A DNA stretch of 64,000 nt from the human T2T-CHM13v2.0 reference genome, Homo sapiens, in assembly GCF_009914755.1 (NCBI RefSeq), contig NC_060938.1. One strand, written 5' to 3'. How positions within the stretch are numbered: the first letter of the stretch is position 1; the number at the start of each line of letters is the position of its first letter. This document shows positions 14,586 to 26,841 of the stretch, one piece after another. A program made the position numbers and the translations under genes. The notes below the pieces were generated by a model. The model had not been told where the DNA came from. It made no database searches and saw only the letters and a list, made by a program, of their open reading frames with translations.

Positions 14586-15992
14586 ATAGTGAGGCAGCAG
14601 TAGGCTAAACCAGAAGTGAGTGCATGCCATCTCCCACGTGGAGGCACTGCTGACATTTTGCCATCCTGTCTCCTTGGTCAGAAGCTTGATGATCCGGGTG
14701 GAAGGGCAGACAATGTACAGAGTCTGCTAGGTGGAGGCTGTCAGTTTTTGAAAATGGTGCTTTGAAGGGGACTGGGATAATGCAGATTGTGAAGGGAAAT
14801 GCTTCACTTGTTAGGGTTCTGCCAGGATAATTAATGGTCTCAGTGCTTTAAAGCATTCTTTCTTGTCTTTCAGAGACTCTTGGGACTCTTCCAATCTTGA
14901 CGACTGTAGTGCACACAGAATCGTGTATTTTAAGGGTTTAGTGCAGCCAGGTTGGGGCAACCTCATAAAGCATGTTGGAATGAGGGAAAGGATAATTCCC
15001 CTGGAGTCATGTACAAGAACTTCCACAGAAGCAATAGTCTCTTTGATTATTTTTTTTCCATAGCTGGTGAAAAGAATTCTGTGTTAGAGTTAAGCATGTG
15101 GTTGAACTGCTATTGAAAATATGCTAAGCCACAGTAAATAACTTGGGTTAGATATGTAGAAACAGTCTGTCTGGTTTCTAAGCTCTTTGTAACAGCTAGT
15201 TTATCATTATACTGCATGGGGCATATATGTGTTTATGGCAGATCTGAAATATCTTTGTGTGGCAAATGAAGGGTAGCGTATTAAAAAGGAAAGGAGTGTG
15301 AACCAGGGATGTAATAAAGAGATCATTCTTGCTTGAAGCAACATACTGAAAGCAGCAAAGAATAAATCTTTCTTTGTAAATACATTTGGAATACTTTAAG
15401 CATGTTACTTGTGTCTTTTGAATTCCTCTATACAGCATCTACTTTTTCATCATCTAAAAATGTGTTAGCTCTGCTCAAGTTCTGGATGTGGCTTAGATTT
15501 ACTGCTAGTGTTTTGAATTGTTTAGTCTCCTAATTCACCTCATCACGTAAAAGCAACTCTCTAAGTTTGTTAAGGGATAATTGACTTGCCACTCTAATGA
15601 GCTTGGGAGAAGACTAGTTTTCAATACAAACCTTTCATTTAATTTAAGTATATTTTCCCAAGTCTGTCTATTTTTATGAATGTACTTAATATATCTGTGT
15701 CCCTTCTTAGATTTGCTCTAACAAGCTTAAACTCTGCTCATTTAACTGTTCTGTACCCACTATCATCCATTCTGTCCAGAGAAACTCTTAATACATTCTT
15801 CTGGCAACTAGTTAATTGGCTCCTACTGACTCACTACTTTCACAGCCTCCCCTTTCCAGTTTAGCTTTTCCCTGCCCTGCTCTGTGTTTGCACTCTGTAA
15901 GTATGACACAAGAGGCCCCTATGAGTGTGACACAAGAGGCCTGTCTGTTGGGCAGAGGCCCGTTGAGACAGATTTCTAGGATGTTGTTTTTA

Positions 15993-16225
15993 AATAGCTA
16001 GCAATTATTGAGTGCTGACTATATTCCAGGCACTGGACTAAAATTTACGTGCATTATCTCATTTAATTCTCATAATACCTATGAGGTTGGTGTTGTTAAT
16101 ATAGTTTATTAGATAAGAACACTGAAGATCAGAGAGGAGAAGTGACCTTGCCTAAGGTCACTCTTTGGAAGTGTCATTGGTCAGCGTAATGTTTACCACG
16201 AGCCAGAATCTGAAGCTCTTTACTT
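15993..16225 (-). mobile_element. MIR
   Basis: ttattgagtgctgactatattccaggcact...cattatctcatttaattctc...gtgaccttgcctaaggtcac. Confidence 0.8.
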
Positions 16226-17299
16226 TGACTCCAAAACCCTGCTCTCTGGGATGGAATCGGGTGGGGAATCCAATGGGGCATGTTGCCCTGTGGCAAACAG
16301 GCAATGAAAATCACAGGTGTTGTACTCAGGAGAGAAGTAAAGAGGTTTCCTCAGTCCTAGGCCAATATTCTATGCTGCAAAGATCCTGAGGTAGGATATA
16401 GTGATGTGAGTGGGTGTTGCCACTCCTGGATCTGAGAATTCAGAGCAGAGATCAACATTCCGTAATATGCCAAGTCCAGAATAAGTATTTTGGGTACCCA
16501 AAGTTTGGGATTCAGAAAGCACCTGACACTAACATGTCATTGGCTTTTGAATTTTGGAGTCCCTTTGAAATGATTGGTTATTTCTTTGGACAAACAGCAA
16601 GGACATAAAATTACATTCTGGCATTTCTACATTCACTGGCTAAAGTGATCTTTTTTGGTTGTAGCTTTTCATATGGGGTAATGAGGTAAAATTAATCTCA
16701 TGATCTTTAAAACAATGGCATCAGCACTTTGACAAGGTTTAATGTGTCTTCAACCTCCATTTCACAAAGGTATGCTTTTGTCCATGCCCGGGATGTGGTC
16801 ATGGTTTTCTCTCCCTGAGACAGTTGAAGCCGAAGGTAGAATCTCCAGGAGAGGTGAAAAGTGGGCTGACATTTTTGCTCATTTTCTTCTGTGCACATCT
16901 TCCTGAGTTTTCCTTTCACTATTTGAGGTGTCTCTTATTAATCTTTGCCACATTTATTATTATATTTTTATTTCCCCAAGTCACACATATGCTTCATGAC
17001 AGTAGACTAAACATCTGTTATTCCAAAGCTGAGTGGTTGTTTCTTTTCCTTGAAGGAAAATTTGTATGAAATATTTTAACTTTAGTTAAACATATCTACT
17101 TGCTTTCCTATTTCCCAGTCTTTGTATTCACCTGCCTTTTTCTTTAAGTTTGCCTAATTTTCTTCCTCAGTAGCATTTCCCACCATTTGTGCCATTTTAC
17201 AATTAACACAGATAAAATGAGGATGATATTTAATCAAAACTGTATTGAGTTGATTTTCTCTGGAGCTTCAGGCACAGAGAGACAGGAAAGCAGAGAAAT

Positions 17300-17500
17300 A
17301 TGTTGAAAACACAGATTTTAGAGACATGATTCCTGAATCCCACCCTAATGCCAGCATTGCCTCATCCTGCGTGTGGAAGATGGCCATTTCACCATTCTGT
17401 GCCTTAGTTTCCCAAATTGCAAAATAAAACCTTTCTTATTTCTTAGGGTTGCTGTGAGGATAATGTGACAGCGTATTTGAAAGAGCTCCGAGCACTTAGC
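17300..17500 (+). mobile_element. MIR, degraded
   Basis: tctgtgccttagtttcccaaattgcaaaata...agggttgctgtgaggataa. Confidence 0.6.
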
Positions 17501-18526
17501 AGGAAAGACATTGTAATCTGTTGCCTATTATAATGGGTTATAAAGGGGACTAGCATAAGGAATAATTTGAGACCACAGTGCCGTAAAAATAATTGCGTAT
17601 ACTTATCCAACCTGTCTCCTACTCTTCCTTATACATGCCTATTCTATTAGCTCTGTCCCGGAGCGGGTAGAGAGGGTGGAAACACTCCTAGATTGGTTGG
17701 CATGGAAACTAGCCCCAGAGCATGCTGGGAGCATGCAGGCAGTCCTTGGACCCAGCTGTGTGGCAGGTGTAGCAATACCCCTCCCCCACAAAAATCACTG
17801 TGGGACTAAGGAATGTCTAATTTGACTAGAACTAGAATAATAGAAATACAATTGAGTTGTAAATATGCCGTTATCCCTTCTCTTAAAAAAAAACAGCACA
17901 GCACTAGAGTAACTTATGGCAAGAGAGACTTTAAATTAGCCTTTCTTGGCACATCACACTCTGCCTTATGAAATTATTCAGTTAAAGAAAGACTGACTGG
18001 TGCCTATGTATCGACTGTGATAGATGCTTTTAGGAATGTCTGTGCATCCTATACCCATACCTTTTATCTGGAAACTTTCTCTCCCCACATAATAATGAAT
18101 CTCAAACAGCCATGTTAGAGCCACCCGGACTAGATTAGAACTGAACCCAGATTCAAGATAGACCATCAGATTCTCTCTCCCTAGAATTCGAAATTGGAAA
18201 TGATGGATTTTTTTCAGCCTAGACGATTTGCTTAAACTATACTATGCCCAGGAAGTATGCCAAAGATTAGTCTGGTGAGTTTTACTGTTGTGTGTGCACA
18301 AGTTTATAGCCTGCACTAACTTTTGAACTTGTCAGTAGCAAGAATTTAGTTTTATCCATCTGAACCTGCCAGATTGTTATCTTTGACCTTTCAAACAAGA
18401 ATTGTGAGAGCTGTGAACCATCTTGGGGGTTTAATCATTCCTTCTGGAAAACTGGTGGCTCCAGTTTATACATAAAAGTTGTAAGAGTTGTGAAGAAATG
18501 AGGTTTAAGTGAGAGTGGTATTTAGT

Positions 18527-19033
18527 GTTATATTAGTTAGAATCCTGGCAGAAAACAGTTGGCATGCTGATCGCATAATTTTAGAATGTAATAAAGAGGT
18601 TATTTTCAAAGAGCCTAGTGTAGGGAAACCACAAGGGATAGTGTAATACCCTGTAGCTCATGGGTTTCTGTTACCACTTCTATGCTTGAATGGGGAGGGT
18701 TCTGGGAACCAGAACACAAGAAAGCAAGAGCACAGAAGAGAGAGAAAAAGCACAAGAGCTCTGTGGGGACAGGACCTCCCAACAGGAGCATGAAGCCAGT
18801 CCATGTAACTCCACAGGCCAGGAACTGAGGGGATAAATACCTCCCCTGACCTCACTTCTTCACATCCTCCTCCCCAATTAATCTTCTATTGTTCCTCACT
18901 GGTTGAACCCAACTGGAAGCTAGAAGACAAGAGAACCTATTGATGCAATCCATGCAACTCAGCCTCCTGGTCAATAAAGCAGAGTGGTGAAGGGTATGGG
19001 GTGGATCAGAAGGATGAAGTGGAGATCTGTGGT
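18527..19033 (-). mobile_element. LTR33-like ERVL solo LTR
   Basis: gtgtagggaaaccacaagggatagtg...ataaatacctcccctgacctcac...gaacccaactggaagctagaagacaag...tcagcctcc match recalled LTR33. Confidence 0.7.
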
Positions 19034-19149
19034 GTGGTGACCCCCCTTTTCATCCACTCTAAATCAGGCTCTCATCTTTTCCTACATTGGCCAGCACCTC
19101 TTGCCGGGTCTGATCATGTGACTCCCCAACTGCCTCTGTCTTCATCTGG

Positions 19150-19556
19150 GACTAATTTCCACCCCTGACACTTGCACTCATTGAACTACCTGCAGTTTGT
19201 CTTCATGACTCTTTATATTTGTAGGTACCATATGATCTGCCAGGAATGCCTTTTGCAGCCTTTGACCACCTGTCAAACTTCTAATCAGCTTTCACAAACC
19301 AAAGTTTGTTTTTCTTTGAAGTTTTCTGGTTTCATCCCAGCAGAGTAGGGCACTTTCTTTACTGTCATCCCAGATCATTTTCCCCCTTCCTATTTTCACA
19401 CATGTTGCAGAACAATGTTAACACTGGTTTATGTCTCTCCCTCTTCTGCATGTCCTTGGTGTTTTCTGTGTCTGTTGCACTTCATTTGGTGTCTGTAGCA
19501 CTTAGTAGAGTGCCTGGCAAAGAGTTGATGTTCAGTCAGTGCTCAATAAATAAACA
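19150..19556 (+). mobile_element. L2 3' fragment
   Basis: L2 terminus: cttagtagagtgcctggca...tgctcaataaat. Confidence 0.6.
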
Positions 19557-19569
19557 GTATTTTTCTGTT

Positions 19570-20240
19570 TTCAATCATGCCTGTCTCCTGGCTTCTTCCA
19601 CATTTCCACATCTTCCAGATTAATCTTTCAAAATTCAATCTCGCTGTGATCCTCTCATTCCTAGATCTCTCTAGTGGCTTCCTTCTGAGTGCAGAATGAT
19701 GTGTAAGCTCTCCAATCTGTCCACAAAACCCTTCACCATGGGGCCTCTGCCTGTGTTTCAGCCTCATCTTCTACCACTCCTCCCCACTGGCTCTCTTCCT
19801 GCATCTCTCATCCCCATTCCAAGTCCTGTGGAACTCCTGAGCATTTCCTAGCAAGCTATACTTTCTCATATTTTGTCACATTTGCATCTGTTCATCCTGC
19901 TGTCTGGAATGGCTTCTCCATTTTCTAATACTCTCCAGCAACTCTTGCCTCTCCTCCACCGTCTCCCCCAGCTCTTCTTCATTGGCTAAGTCCTATTTTT
20001 TAAAGACTTAGTTTACATGGCATTTCCTCTGTGAAATTTTCTTAAAAGCTCTTTCTTGCAACACAACAAAGTTAGCTACTTTTTTTTAACCTATATGAAA
20101 TTTATTTCACATTGTGTTGAAATGATTTGCTTATTGATGTGTTGCTATTTTCTTTTTTATTTCCAGAATCGAACACAGAGCCTGACACATACTATATGAC
20201 TAATAATTGTGTCTTGAATGAATATATGAACAAATGAATC
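19570..20240 (+). mobile_element. L2 3' fragment
   Basis: L2 3' region ending acacagagcctgacacata...tgaatgaatatatgaacaaatgaat. Confidence 0.65.
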
Positions 20241-20349
20241 AAACCTGAGTCCTATGGTTCCCTAAACTATACAGAGAACAACTGTCTCCCTCTTTCTCTG
20301 GTTATTTCTATTCAACATGTGAAGTCCTGCTTGTCTGGGGCACACAGGT

Positions 20350-20717
20350 AGATCAAGCCCACGTGGTACATGGCCAATAGGATGTAAATAGAAGTGTAGG
20401 AAACTTCAGGGCAGTGTCCTTAAAGGGAAAGCTAGTGGCCTTCTCCATTCTTTTCTCCTTTCTGCTGGCTTTGCTGTGGATATGTGGGATGCAGCTCGAA
20501 TAGCCATTTTGGAGCATGAGTCAGAAACTGCATGCTGAGAGTGGTCAAACAACAAGCTCGGGGAGCTTAGATCTCTGATGATCGTGAAGCTGCCATATCA
20601 GCTATAGATGACCTATGCAGACTTTTAAGTGAGAGAGAAGTAAAATTCTATGTTGTTTAAGCTATGGTTACTTTGAGATTCCTGTCATCTGCAACTAAAT
20701 CCAATCCTAATTAATAT
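20350..20717 (+). mobile_element. MLT1J-like MaLR LTR
   Basis: tggccaataggatgtaaatagaagtg...agccattttggagcatgag...gagagaagtaaaattctatgttgtttaagc. Confidence 0.7.
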
Positions 20718-21085
20718 ATCTACTAAATCATTTTTATTGGCTAACCCAAAGTCCAAAGTCATGAAAATGGGCACATCATGTCTTTTTCTCTACTTACTAT
20801 TCTTGCTTTAGTTTTCTTTGTAACTTTTCAAATCAGCTTTTAGGGAGACTTATGAACGGGCCTTTTTAGATAAGCAAGGACATTACTTTTACTTTGTAAA
20901 CAGACTTATACTGTATTCAGTTTCAGAATTCCATCTTACTGTGACAACTCACTTTCCATTGACAGTGTCTGTACCTCAGCATCACCGAAATGCTCAACAG
21001 AGTTAGGTCTGTGCTACCAAACAGTGTTTCATTTTGCTCCCAGTGGAGGATGCTGCCTTTGTTACCATGGGTGGGACCACTTTAC

Positions 21086-21500
21086 ATTTGCATATTTATC
21101 TCAGTGATATTTACCATTTGTTCAAGTCAGTACCCACAGCGCCCCCTCCAGTGCCGCTTGACCTGGCTCTTAAGACATATGCATCCAATGCCTTGTAGTT
21201 TCTTGTTCTTGCTTTTCAGCATTATTTTAATTTCATTGTCTTGGTTCCCTCCTCAACAGTCAGTGGATGAGCAACAGTTCAGGAAAAGGGAATCATTATC
21301 CACCCTCTCTGACAGAGCTCAGCTTACTCTGTGAATTGGGATTTTTGTATTAAAAAAGGGGAAGAGATTTTTGATTAGATGGATTTTTCTGGGAATTTTC
21401 CATGAGGAGTTGGCAGCCTGTGGTTACGTTCTGCACCTATTAAAAGATGGAGTTGTAAAACTGATGTGTATGTAATCTCTTTTCAGGTTTCCACGGCAAC
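21086..21500. promoter_or_regulatory. Candidate regulatory element (octamer, CTCF-like site, RFX X-box)
   Basis: ATTTGCAT 21086-21093; cagcgccccctccagtgcc 21137-21155 (reverse contains AGGGGGCGCTG); GTTTCCACGGCAAC 21487-21500; no repeat recognised. Confidence 0.4.
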
Positions 21501-21659
21501 AGTGGCAGCAATTCAGTGAGTAGCTTTTCCATTCTCCCTTCAAGACTTTCAGCCTATAGAATTGTTTCAGAAAAAGAAAAGCTACTCTTCCTTTAAAAAA
21601 TAACATATGCATTTAGATTCATTCTGATGAGACAGTTATGATTCTAGGAATATTCCCAG

Positions 21660-21860
21660 GATAGGAGTCCAATAAGTAAGCGGTTTTACTATTAACAAGC
21701 TGTGTGACTTTGGGCAAGTGAGTTATTCTCTATAAACCTCAATTTCCTCATCTATAAACTACGAACAAAAACAGCATCTACACAACAGGGTTTTGGGAAG
21801 ACTAAATAAAAAAGATGTAGATGAACTGGTTAGCACAATTCATGGGTTATGGTTGTTATT
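21660..21860 (+). mobile_element. MIR
   Basis: agctgtgtgactttgggcaagtg...cctcaatttcctcatctataaa. Confidence 0.85.
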
Positions 21861-21989
21861 ATCCTGAATCAACATTTAGCCAGTTGTAATATCATGTTAG
21901 GTTGTACACCTTCGATATGAACGTAATAGATATGATACTTTAAATATCAGCAGCTGTACACATGCCTTATCAAGTGTGATATTGGCAAT

Positions 21990-24900
21990 TTGTGTTTTCT
22001 CTTTCTTTCTAACTGGGAGTTTGTATCTTATATTTAAAGGGAATAATTTGTAAACAACATGTATTGGGCTTTTATGTTTTTTCATCCAGTAAGAAAAGCT
22101 TTGTCTTTAATTGGAGTGTTCGCTCTATTTACATTTAATGTAATTATTGATACGATTGGGCATAAGTCCACTTATTTGCTGTTTGTTCCCTTTGTTCTTT
22201 CTTTTGTCCTTCTTTCCTGTCTTATATTAGCTTAATAAACTACTAGTTAGTAGATGATTCTTGGAAGATGGTGGAATAGGAATCACTAGGAATCCTCATC
22301 TACACAGTTGCATTAGAATCTGTATCTATTTAGAAACTCTGCATTCTGTGGAAGGCTTGCAACTTTTAGGTGAATGCTTGGAAGATAATGTACACAGTTA
22401 CATAGCCATCATCACAATGAGGACATAGAACATTTCTATTACCCTGAAATGTTCTCTCTTGCACATTTGCAGTCAATTCCCTCCTGCCACTCCCAGGTCG
22501 TGGTAAGTACTGGCCTGTTTCTGTCACTACAGTCTTTGCCTATTTAATAATATCATATAGAGTAGGCCATTCATATCCACAGATTCTTCATCTGCAGAGT
22601 TGACCAACTGTCCATTGAAAATATTAGAGAAAAAACAATAAAATTGACAATAAAAATAATATAAATGAAAATAATACAGTATAATAGCTATTTACATAGC
22701 ACTTACATTCTATTAGGTATTATAAGTAATCTAGAGATGATTTAAAGTATATGGGAGGATGTCCATAGGTTATATGAAAATACTAGGCCATTTTATATAA
22801 GGGAGTCAAGCATCTATTGATTTTGGTATTTTGGGGGGTCCTGGAAACAATCCTCTATGGATACTGAGGGACAACTATACATGGAATTGAACAGAAAAGA
22901 GTCTTTTCTGTTTGGCTTCTTTCATTTGCTTAGCATTATGCCTCTGAGATGCATCTATATTCTGGCATGTGTCAGTAGTTAGTTTTATTATATTGCTGAG
23001 TAATATGCTGGTATATGTGTGTGCATATACACATACATGTGTATAAACATAGCTCAATTTATCCATTCACCAGTTGATGGATATTTGGTTCCAGTTTGAG
23101 GCTATTAGGAATAAAGCTATTGTGAACAATCATGTACAAGTCTTAATGTGGAATATATGTTTTAATTTGGGGGGATAAATACCTAGGAGTGAGATTGTTA
23201 GGTTTTATGGCAAGTTTGTTTAAATTGTATAGAAAACCACAAATTGTTTTCCAAAGTTCTTATACTTTTATATTTCCAGTGTAAGTTCTAGTCGCTCCAC
23301 ATCTTCATACACATTTGATGTTGTCAGTCTTTCTATTTCCACTATTGGTATTGGCTTTATTGCTTTTGTATGTTTGTTTCAGTTTTTAAGTAATTGCTTT
23401 TATGCTTACAATATGCATCATTAACTTATCACTGTCTACTTTAAAGTAATATACAACTTCACATGTAAAATCTATAAAACATGATGCTTTCCCCCTTCCC
23501 ATTCTTTGCTTCATTATTGTCATACTTGTTACTTCTGTTACAAATTCCACAATATATTGTTACTATTTTTGCTTTAAACAGTCAATTATGTTTTAAGGAG
23601 GTTAAAAATGAAGAAAATGGCTTTTAAATTTGCCCACTCACATTTTTAGCAATTATAGTGGTTTTCAATCTTTTGTGTAAATCCTGATTTCCATCTCCTA
23701 TAATTTTTCTTCTCTTTGAAGAACTATCTTTAATATTTTTTATAGCATGAATCTGTTGGTGATAATTCTTTCAGCTATTGTTTGTCTGAAAAAGTCTTTA
23801 TTTCACCTTTCAGCTCGAAGGTATTTTTACTGAATAAATAATTCTAATTTGGCAGCTCTCTTTCTTTTCCCTCCTCCCCTTCCTAAATGCCATTACTTTA
23901 AAGACCTGTCTCTATTCTATTCTGGCTTGCAATGTTTCTGAAGAGAAGTCAGCTGTCATTCTTGTCTCTGTTCCTTGGAATATATGCCTTTTTTTCTCTG
24001 GGTTTTTTAAAGATTTTAGTTTTATAACTGATTTTCAGAGATTTTATTATAATGTCACTTGAAATAGTACCCTTTACATTTATTTCACTTGGGTCCTGTT
24101 GATCTTCTTGGAACTATGGATTTACAGTTCTTATCAAATATAAAACATTTTGGCAATACTTTGTTCGAACATTTTTCTTTTCTGACCCCTCTTCTCCTTC
24201 TGGGAATACAGTTACAAGCAGTTATATCATGTAATATTGTCCTACAGGTCACAGAGGCTTTGTTTTTTTCAGTCATTTTCCCTCTCTGTGCTTCATTTTG
24301 GATGCTTTCTATTGCTATGCCTTCAGGTTCACTGATCTTTTCCTTTGTAATTAATCTGTTCTTAATCCCAACAGGTTTTTCTCTATCATCTACTTGAACA
24401 TATGGAACATATTTAAAATAACTGTTTGAATGTCCTTATTTAATGGTTCCATCATGTATGTCATTTCTGGAGCTGGTTTTATTGGCTGATTTTTCTTTTG
24501 GTCATGCGTCATCTTTTCCAACTTGTTTACATGCCTGACAGTTTTGGATTGGATCCTGTGCCTTGTGAGTTTTAGATTTTTGGTTGCTAAATTTTGTTAC
24601 TTTTCTTTAAATAGTGTTGGATTTTCTTCTGCTGTATATTTAAATTACATGAAATCAGCTGGATGCTTTCAAGCCGTGCTTTTGAAATTTTTAGCATAGG
24701 TTTAGAGTACCTTAATTTAGCGGATGTTAGCCCCACTATTGAGGCTTCTGAAAGTTTTGTCTGATATCCATCCATCAGGAAGTCTTTCCACTCTGGTTTG
24801 TGGAAACAGCAACAATTTCCAGCCTTGTATGAGCTCTGGAAATTGTTCTGCCCACTTCTATGCAGTGGTTTGTTTCCTAACCTCAGATAGTTTCCTATCA

Positions 24901-25915
24901 GTACTCATCAAAAGTCTTAAGTGGATCTTTCTGCAGATTTCTGAATTTTTTTTCTCTATGTAGATTACTCCTCTCTAATATTCCAACCCACAAATTCTAG
25001 CCATGTTGGTCTCCTGAAACTGCAATTTCTGCCTCCTAAACTTGGTGAAATTTTAGGCTCTATCTGGGTTCTCTCTCCCTGCACTGCATCCTGGAAACTG
25101 CTTCCAGGTTATAAGCTGATGCAATTGAAGGGCTCATCTTGATTTGCTCTTTTCTGGGATTGTATCCCTGTGATATCTGTTGTTTAATTTCTGAAAATTA
25201 TTATTTCATATATTTTGCTCAGTTTTCTAATAGTTCCTGGCAGGAAGGTAAATCTGGTCCCCATTATTTCCTCATGACTGGAGAGTAAATGTCATTATCA
25301 GTTTTCTTTCTTTCTTTTAAATTTGAGCCATTCTATTAGGTGTGTATTAGTATTTTATTGTGGTTGTAATATGCATTTCTCTGAAAACTAATTATGTTGA
25401 GCATCTTCTTATATGCTCATGTGTCATTATTATATCTCTTTTGATAAAGTATGTCTTCAAAGCTTTCACTCAGTTTTAAAATTCTGAAATTGTAAAATTT
25501 CTTTATATATTCTGACTAGCAGGCTTTTATCAGGCGTTTGTCTTGCAAGTTTTTTCTCCCAGTCTTTGGTATGACTTTTCACTTTTTTAGCAGTGATTGT
25601 CAAAGGGCAAAATATTTAAAATTTGGTGAAGTTTAATATATCAATTTTTTCTTTTATAAGATTCATGCTTTTGTAGCTTATCTAAGAACTCTTTGCTTAA
25701 CACACTAGGTCAAAAAGTTTTGCTCCTATGTTTTCTTCAAGAGATTTTATAGATTAGTTTCTACATTTACATCTATGATTCATTTCAAGTTAATTTTTGT
25801 GTATAATCTGAAGTAAGCATCAAGGTTTATTTTTCCCATAGAGATGTTAGTTGTGCCAGTCAATTGTTATAAAGGTTATCTTTACATTGTTGAGTTATTT
25901 TGACAATTTGTCAAG
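21990..25915 (-). mobile_element. Patchwork of old L1MC/MD/ME fragments (mostly minus strand; short plus-strand L1M 5' end at ~22256-22381)
   Basis: Reverse L1 3'UTR/ORF2-end motifs (atttatccattcaccagttgatggatattt; ttgagccattctattaggtgtg; atgttgagcatcttc) and ORF1-like region ~23.7-24.4 kb; 'ggaagatggtggaatagga' L1 5' start. Confidence 0.7.
22560..22877 (-). mobile_element. MER2/MER2B (TcMar-Tigger) DNA transposon relic
   Basis: taggtattataagtaatctagagatgatttaaagtata...ggatactgagggacaact; TA flanks at 22558-22559 and 22878-22879. Confidence 0.88.
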
Positions 25916-26841
25916 TCAGAGTATCTCATTTTCCCATTCACTCTCATGCCTGCCTACCTTTCTCTTTTTCTCCTTAGCCCTCACTTCTCTCCATTCATCT
26001 GTCCCTCCAACCATCCATCCATTTATCTATTCATTCATCTATTCACCACTCACCCATCCATTCACCCACCTGCCTATCTTCCCTCTTGGTCTAGAAAAAG
26101 TTGAAATCTTCACATCAGAATGCTCAGCTTTTAAAGACAGAAAACCCTTAACCCTGATATTTCCATAAGCGGTAGAGGGAATAGATCATGTGACTTCTAA
26201 CATCTATCGTGTGTTTAAAAAAACAGCCAGATAATTTTACTGGGTGGTTGCTTAAGCCCCTAAACAATAGTTTCCTTTTATCGAGAAACTTTAAAAATAT
26301 TAAAATGTCATACTATAGCCTAAAAGGCAAAAAGATGGAAGTCAAGACTATTTTTATTCAATGCAAAATAATGCCAAATGAATTTAGACTTATGGAGTGA
26401 TCTGGAGAGGGAAAGTCCATATGAAATCCATATAGTTTTATAATTACCTTTTGGAAAAGCATTTCCTCTGAGACAGTTTGAAATTTTGTATAAAAACCTT
26501 TTTGACAGTTTGAAGGATCATTATTTTAAGAAAATTGTTATACTTCACTAGCATTCATTTTTCTCTGAAGCTTTACTGCCTTTAATTGCACATTAAACTG
26601 TATCAACTTTAAGTATCAAAAGGGGAAGGGGGAAAACACCCATCTGGAGTTTGTTTCTGTTGGAGGCAAGATTTCTAATTGCACTTGGTTGTACTCTTGC
26701 TAACTCTATTGTTCATTCAAAGGTTTTCTGTTTGTTAAATAAACATAATATTAGAATATTGTGTCTAGCCTTTTATTTGAAGGAGTTTATAGTTTGAAAG
26801 AAAAACCACTTTCTTGCCCATTATCTTATTGGACCTCATAA

